In this document: positions 26,420 through 29,635 of the stretch, piece by piece
How the letters are laid out: every line of letters begins with the position of its first letter
How positions within the stretch are numbered: position 1 is the stretch's first letter
Assembly: GCA_029555085.1 (NCBI GenBank)
Contig: JAKPTO010000038.1
Span: 1-29,635, forward strand
Direction of reading: 5' to 3'
Length of the DNA stretch: 29,635 nucleotides
From: a bacterium
GTDB taxonomy: Bacteria > Patescibacteriota > Patescibacteriia > UBA1558 > S5-K13
Notes under the pieces: generated by a model
Seen by the model: only the letters and a program-made list of their open reading frames with translations
Database searches by the model: none
Told to the model about the DNA's origin: nothing
Position numbers and translations under genes: made by a program

Positions 26420-26451
26420 TTTGGTAATTACAAATAAATAACATATCTTTA
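26420..26451 (+). promoter_or_regulatory. Bacteroidota-type promoter variant
   Basis: TTTG 26420-26423, 20-nt spacer, TATCTTTA 26444-26451; shares AAAAATATTTGGTAATT with the promoter at 11837. Confidence 0.65.
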
Positions 26452-26479
26452 CCCACGGAAAACATAAAACTCGATTTAG

Positions 26480-26821
26480 ATGGACGAAAAATTGAAAAAA
26501 AAGTGGCAATCTTTGACCGGAAACTCCAAAATTAACATACCCCAGCCGGGAGATAAAATTTATGTTCCGACGAGTCTTTATCTTGGTCATGGTATGGATG
26601 ATTTTGTTGGTGGACTTGCAACAGTTTCAAAAGTAGAAACATGTGATGACCTTCCAGAAGATCATTATAATCATTATATGATTGAAATCGAAGAACGACC
26701 AGGTACATCATATAATCTTAGATATCTCCTTGAATATCAAAATGAGTGGGAAGAGAAATATGGTGATGCAATTGCACATCCAGATCCGGATGATAGACCA
26801 GAATTTAACACATGGTATTAA
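26480..26821 (+). CDS. hypothetical acidic protein
   Basis: 113-aa ORF. Confidence 0.75.
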   Translation: MDEKLKKKWQSLTGNSKINIPQPGDKIYVPTSLYLGHGMDDFVGGLATVSKVETCDDLPEDHYNHYMIEIEERPGTSYNLRYLLEYQNEWEEKYGDAIAHPDPDDRPEFNTWY

Positions 26822-26839
26822 CAATAAAAAAAAACAACT

Positions 26840-27838
26840 ATGTCACATTTCACAGTCCTTGTAATAGGTGATGAACCAGAAGAACAATTAAAACCTTTTA
26901 ATGAAAATTTAAATGTTGCGTTTAAGGATAGGTCTGATGAATTCAGAGAAGAATACGAGACAAAAATTGTGAGTGAATTTTATTGTGATTCAAATTCGTC
27001 ATGGGGTTTTAGAATTACCAAAGAATTGTTTGATCTTCTCAAGGAATCAAAACCGGGTCGTATTATTCCATATAAAGTAGAAAAAATAGACACATTATCA
27101 ATTCTCAGTTTACACAAAAAATATAAAGGATATTATAAACTAGAAAATGGTAAACGGTGTAGGGGTAGTCAATGGTTTGAGGTTGATGAAATTGTTTCTA
27201 CTGTACCACCAAAACCTAATCCAACAACATGTGTAGAAGGTGAGGTTATAATAAGAAAAATATCACCACCAAAAAAGATTGCTCTTAAGGATAAATTCAT
27301 TAGTTATGAAGAATATCTCAAACACTGGGTTGGTCTTGATGATATCAATGAACAAGGATATTATTATAATCCAAACGCAAAATGGGATTGGTATGAACTT
27401 GGCGGTCGTTGGGGGGGTTATTTCAAACTCAAGAACGGTGATCGTGTAGATCAGGCATATAAAAAAGATATTGATTTTGACGGTATGTTACTTGAAAAGT
27501 ATGAGAATTATTCAAATTTTTATGATGAATTTGAAGAAAATTATAAAAACGGGGAAATTAATTTCAATCGTGCATTTTTTGAATTTGGTGTTCATAATAT
27601 AGGAAAAGATCAAGAACATTTTATCCCAGAAACCCGCGAAAATTATCTTGACAGGTGTGTTTCAATTTCAACATTTGCTATTATTAAAGATGGTAAATGG
27701 TATGAAGAAGGTGAAATGGGCTGGTGGTGTGTCGTTAATAATGAAAAAGAAACAAAAGATTGGAATAAAGAATTTACACAACTCTTGAAAGATATTCCAG
27801 ATGAAACATTATTAAGTGTGTATGATTGTCACATATAA
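26840..27838 (+). CDS. conserved phage hypothetical protein
   Basis: MSHFTVLVIG...YNPNAKWDWYELGGRWGG...GEMGWW...SVYDCHI motif set. Confidence 0.85.
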   Translation: MSHFTVLVIGDEPEEQLKPFNENLNVAFKDRSDEFREEYETKIVSEFYCDSNSSWGFRITKELFDLLKESKPGRIIPYKVEKIDTLSILSLHKKYKGYYKLENGKRCRGSQWFEVDEIVSTVPPKPNPTTCVEGEVIIRKISPPKKIALKDKFISYEEYLKHWVGLDDINEQGYYYNPNAKWDWYELGGRWGGYFKLKNGDRVDQAYKKDIDFDGMLLEKYENYSNFYDEFEENYKNGEINFNRAFFEFGVHNIGKDQEHFIPETRENYLDRCVSISTFAIIKDGKWYEEGEMGWWCVVNNEKETKDWNKEFTQLLKDIPDETLLSVYDCHI

Positions 27839-27853
27839 AACATATTTTTAATA

Positions 27854-28285
27854 ATGAAAAAAAAAGTAATTTATATAATTGGAAGTCTTAAAAATAAGAA
27901 AATTCCATTTATAGCAAAAGAAATCAGAAAATTAGGTTTTGAGGTATTTGACGATTGGTTTAGTCCAGGTCCAGATGCGGATGATTATTGGAGGAAGTTT
28001 GAAAAAATTCGTGAAAGTACATATAAGGAAGCTTTAAACAATTGGGCTGGAAAGCATATTTTTGAATTTGATAAACATCATATTGACAGGTCTGATATAG
28101 GTATTCTTGTTATGCCGTGTGGGAAGTCCGCCCATCTTGAACTTGGATATATGATTGGTCAAAATAAAACATGTTATGTTCTTTTTGATGAAGAGCCCGA
28201 GCGATGGGATGTAATGTATCAATTCGCAAAAGACGTGTTTTTCAAATTAGATGAACTTATCGATGAATTAAAAAAATTACAATGA
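27854..28285 (+). CDS. nucleoside 2-deoxyribosyltransferase-like (NDT) fold protein
   Basis: IYIIGS...GFEVFD...FEFDKHHIDRSDIGILVMPCGKSAHLELGYMIG. Confidence 0.7.
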   Translation: MKKKVIYIIGSLKNKKIPFIAKEIRKLGFEVFDDWFSPGPDADDYWRKFEKIRESTYKEALNNWAGKHIFEFDKHHIDRSDIGILVMPCGKSAHLELGYMIGQNKTCYVLFDEEPERWDVMYQFAKDVFFKLDELIDELKKLQ

Positions 28286-28524
28286 AAAATTTTATTAAGG
28301 AACATTATTGGTGGTTTTACATACTATTATTAATATCTTCATTAATTATAATAATAATTGATTACACATTAATTAAAATGATATTACTCATATTAAATTT
28401 TTTCATACTGGGTATGTTAATATATGTTTTAATTCTGGTAAACAAAGAATATAATGAATTAATCAGGGAAAATGAAAAATTAATTGAAGAATTAATTAAT
28501 AAATTAAAAGAAAAGAGAAAATAA
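28282..28524 (+). CDS. two-TM membrane protein with coiled-coil tail
   Basis: Hydrophobic N-terminal half and charged helical tail. Confidence 0.6.
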   Translation: MKNFIKEHYWWFYILLLISSLIIIIIDYTLIKMILLILNFFILGMLIYVLILVNKEYNELIRENEKLIEELINKLKEKRK

Positions 28525-28580
28525 ATTATAATATTTGGCCAAAATTGAATAATATTTACTTAAAAAAAATGAATTGTTAA

Positions 28581-28727
28581 ATGAAAGGAAGTAAAAATTT
28601 TCCAAAGGTTTCACCGAAAGAATTTTCTACTGCTCGAAATACTGTAAAAATAGTTAAGAGGAAAAGTAAAATGAAACCCATAAAATATAAACACATAAAC
28701 AAAGGTTTAGACGATAAAAAAAATTAA
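28581..28727 (+). CDS. small basic protein (48 aa, not in the ORF track)
   Basis: MKGSKNFPKVSPKEFSTARNTVKIVKRKSKMKPIKYKHINKGLDDKKN* fills the gap before 28740. Confidence 0.45.
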   Translation: MKGSKNFPKVSPKEFSTARNTVKIVKRKSKMKPIKYKHINKGLDDKKN

Positions 28728-28739
28728 ACAAGTAATAAA

Positions 28740-29504
28740 ATGGCACTCTCAAATTGGGATTTATTGGCAATTGGGAAAGACGGGAAAAGTTGTGATGGCA
28801 CCGTTAAAGGAAAATTCGCATCACTTGAAATTTACAAAAACTGGGCTTATTTGTCATCAGAAGAGATGTATAGAGAAGGTGGACATTTTAGTAAACCAGT
28901 TATTGGTTCAATCATAAGTGGAGATTTTGAAATTGCTGGATTATCAATAGTAGCAATCCGTCATTCTTTACAAAATTCAATTTTTGTTTTTGTTGATGCG
29001 TCGACATATAATAAAAATAATAAACAAATTCCGAATTATTTTGCCGGAATTGGTTGTTGTGCGTTTTATTCCAAAGTACGAGAATATCTTGAATGGAAAG
29101 GTATTAACATAGAATTTAACGATGTCATTACTGGTAGTCGTAATTATACTATTGGCCCAAATGATGAAACAATTCTATTAGAAAAAACCGTTCAAACTAT
29201 AATGTTTGTTGATGAAAATGATGAATATATAAAAGAAATTGAAGTTGACGATGAGTTTGGTGAATTAACAGATTTTGTTGGTGTGATGCCCGAAACATTA
29301 GAAGCCTTCAAAAATTGGCTATTAAAAGATATATCCAAAGAATATGAATATACACCAGCATTTAAAAAATGGATTGACAGTATTGATTGGGAATCATTAT
29401 ATCGGTTCAATCAGGGAGATAGATTTTTTGTTGGGCACAAACAATCCGGAACTAAAGTTGGTGAACAAAACGATACAATAATAATGAAAATGATAAAAAA
29501 ATAG
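28740..29504 (+). CDS. hypothetical protein
   Basis: 254-aa ORF. Confidence 0.8.
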   Translation: MALSNWDLLAIGKDGKSCDGTVKGKFASLEIYKNWAYLSSEEMYREGGHFSKPVIGSIISGDFEIAGLSIVAIRHSLQNSIFVFVDASTYNKNNKQIPNYFAGIGCCAFYSKVREYLEWKGINIEFNDVITGSRNYTIGPNDETILLEKTVQTIMFVDENDEYIKEIEVDDEFGELTDFVGVMPETLEAFKNWLLKDISKEYEYTPAFKKWIDSIDWESLYRFNQGDRFFVGHKQSGTKVGEQNDTIIMKMIKK

Positions 29505-29506
29505 AT

Positions 29507-29635
29507 ATGGGAACATTAAAAAGAAAATCGTTGAAAAAAGAATATGGTATAGTTGATGATGACGTGTTTTTTGATTATACTAAACAGTCAAAACCATCAA
29601 AATCAATAGATAATTTGAATGACGAAAAAATAAGT
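29507..29635 (+). CDS. hypothetical protein (3' end truncated by the window edge)
   Basis: ATG at 29507, open to the end of the window (MGTLKRKSLKKEYGIVDDDVFF...). Confidence 0.55.
   Translation, partial: MGTLKRKSLKKEYGIVDDDVFFDYTKQSKPSKSIDNLNDEKIS

Noticed and set aside
28534-28565. Eighth Bacteroidota promoter
   Set aside because: TTTG is present, but there is no TAnnTTTG box at 19-21 nt spacing.
3652-29410. All minus-strand ORFs and nested alternate-frame plus-strand ORFs in the track (e.g. 3678-4112, 6554-6859, 18061-18351, 22046-22581)
   Set aside because: They overlap well-supported + strand genes, have shadow-like composition and carry no motifs.
1-29635. Stop-codon reassignment as in some Bacteroidota phages
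   Set aside because: Standard-code ORFs tile the window densely and recognisable proteins are full length; TAA, TGA and TAG all occur at plausible gene ends.

Overview
Very AT-rich, gene-dense window with essentially all credible genes on the + strand, short spacers and many ATGA-type overlaps. It reads like a segment of a large (jumbo-type) phage of Bacteroidota: seven intergenic TTTG-N19-21-TAnnTTTG(-like) promoters and a type IX secretion (T9SS) cargo protein point to that host phylum. No virion genes are in the window, so the phage call is inferred. Recognisable genes: a 5'-truncated Dda/RecD-like helicase, a small P-loop kinase, a soluble AAA+/M41 protease fusion, a short Thg1-like remnant, a three-gene module (helical protein, vWA protein, divergent PurA-like enzyme), a PTH2-like protein, an AAA ATPase, a degenerate DUF550/MazG-like protein, an amidase, an IS200/IS605 element (deleted tnpA, intact tnpB), several secreted proteins, a cupin, an ECF sigma factor, metK and an NDT-like protein. 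The most striking unexplained element is a ~277-nt nested RNA structure (12845-13121) with hexamer-repeat bulges. It directly follows a coiled-coil gene that has its own promoter and precedes an AAA ATPase, and is a candidate undescribed protein-ncRNA system. All family calls come from motif recognition by eye; no searches were run.
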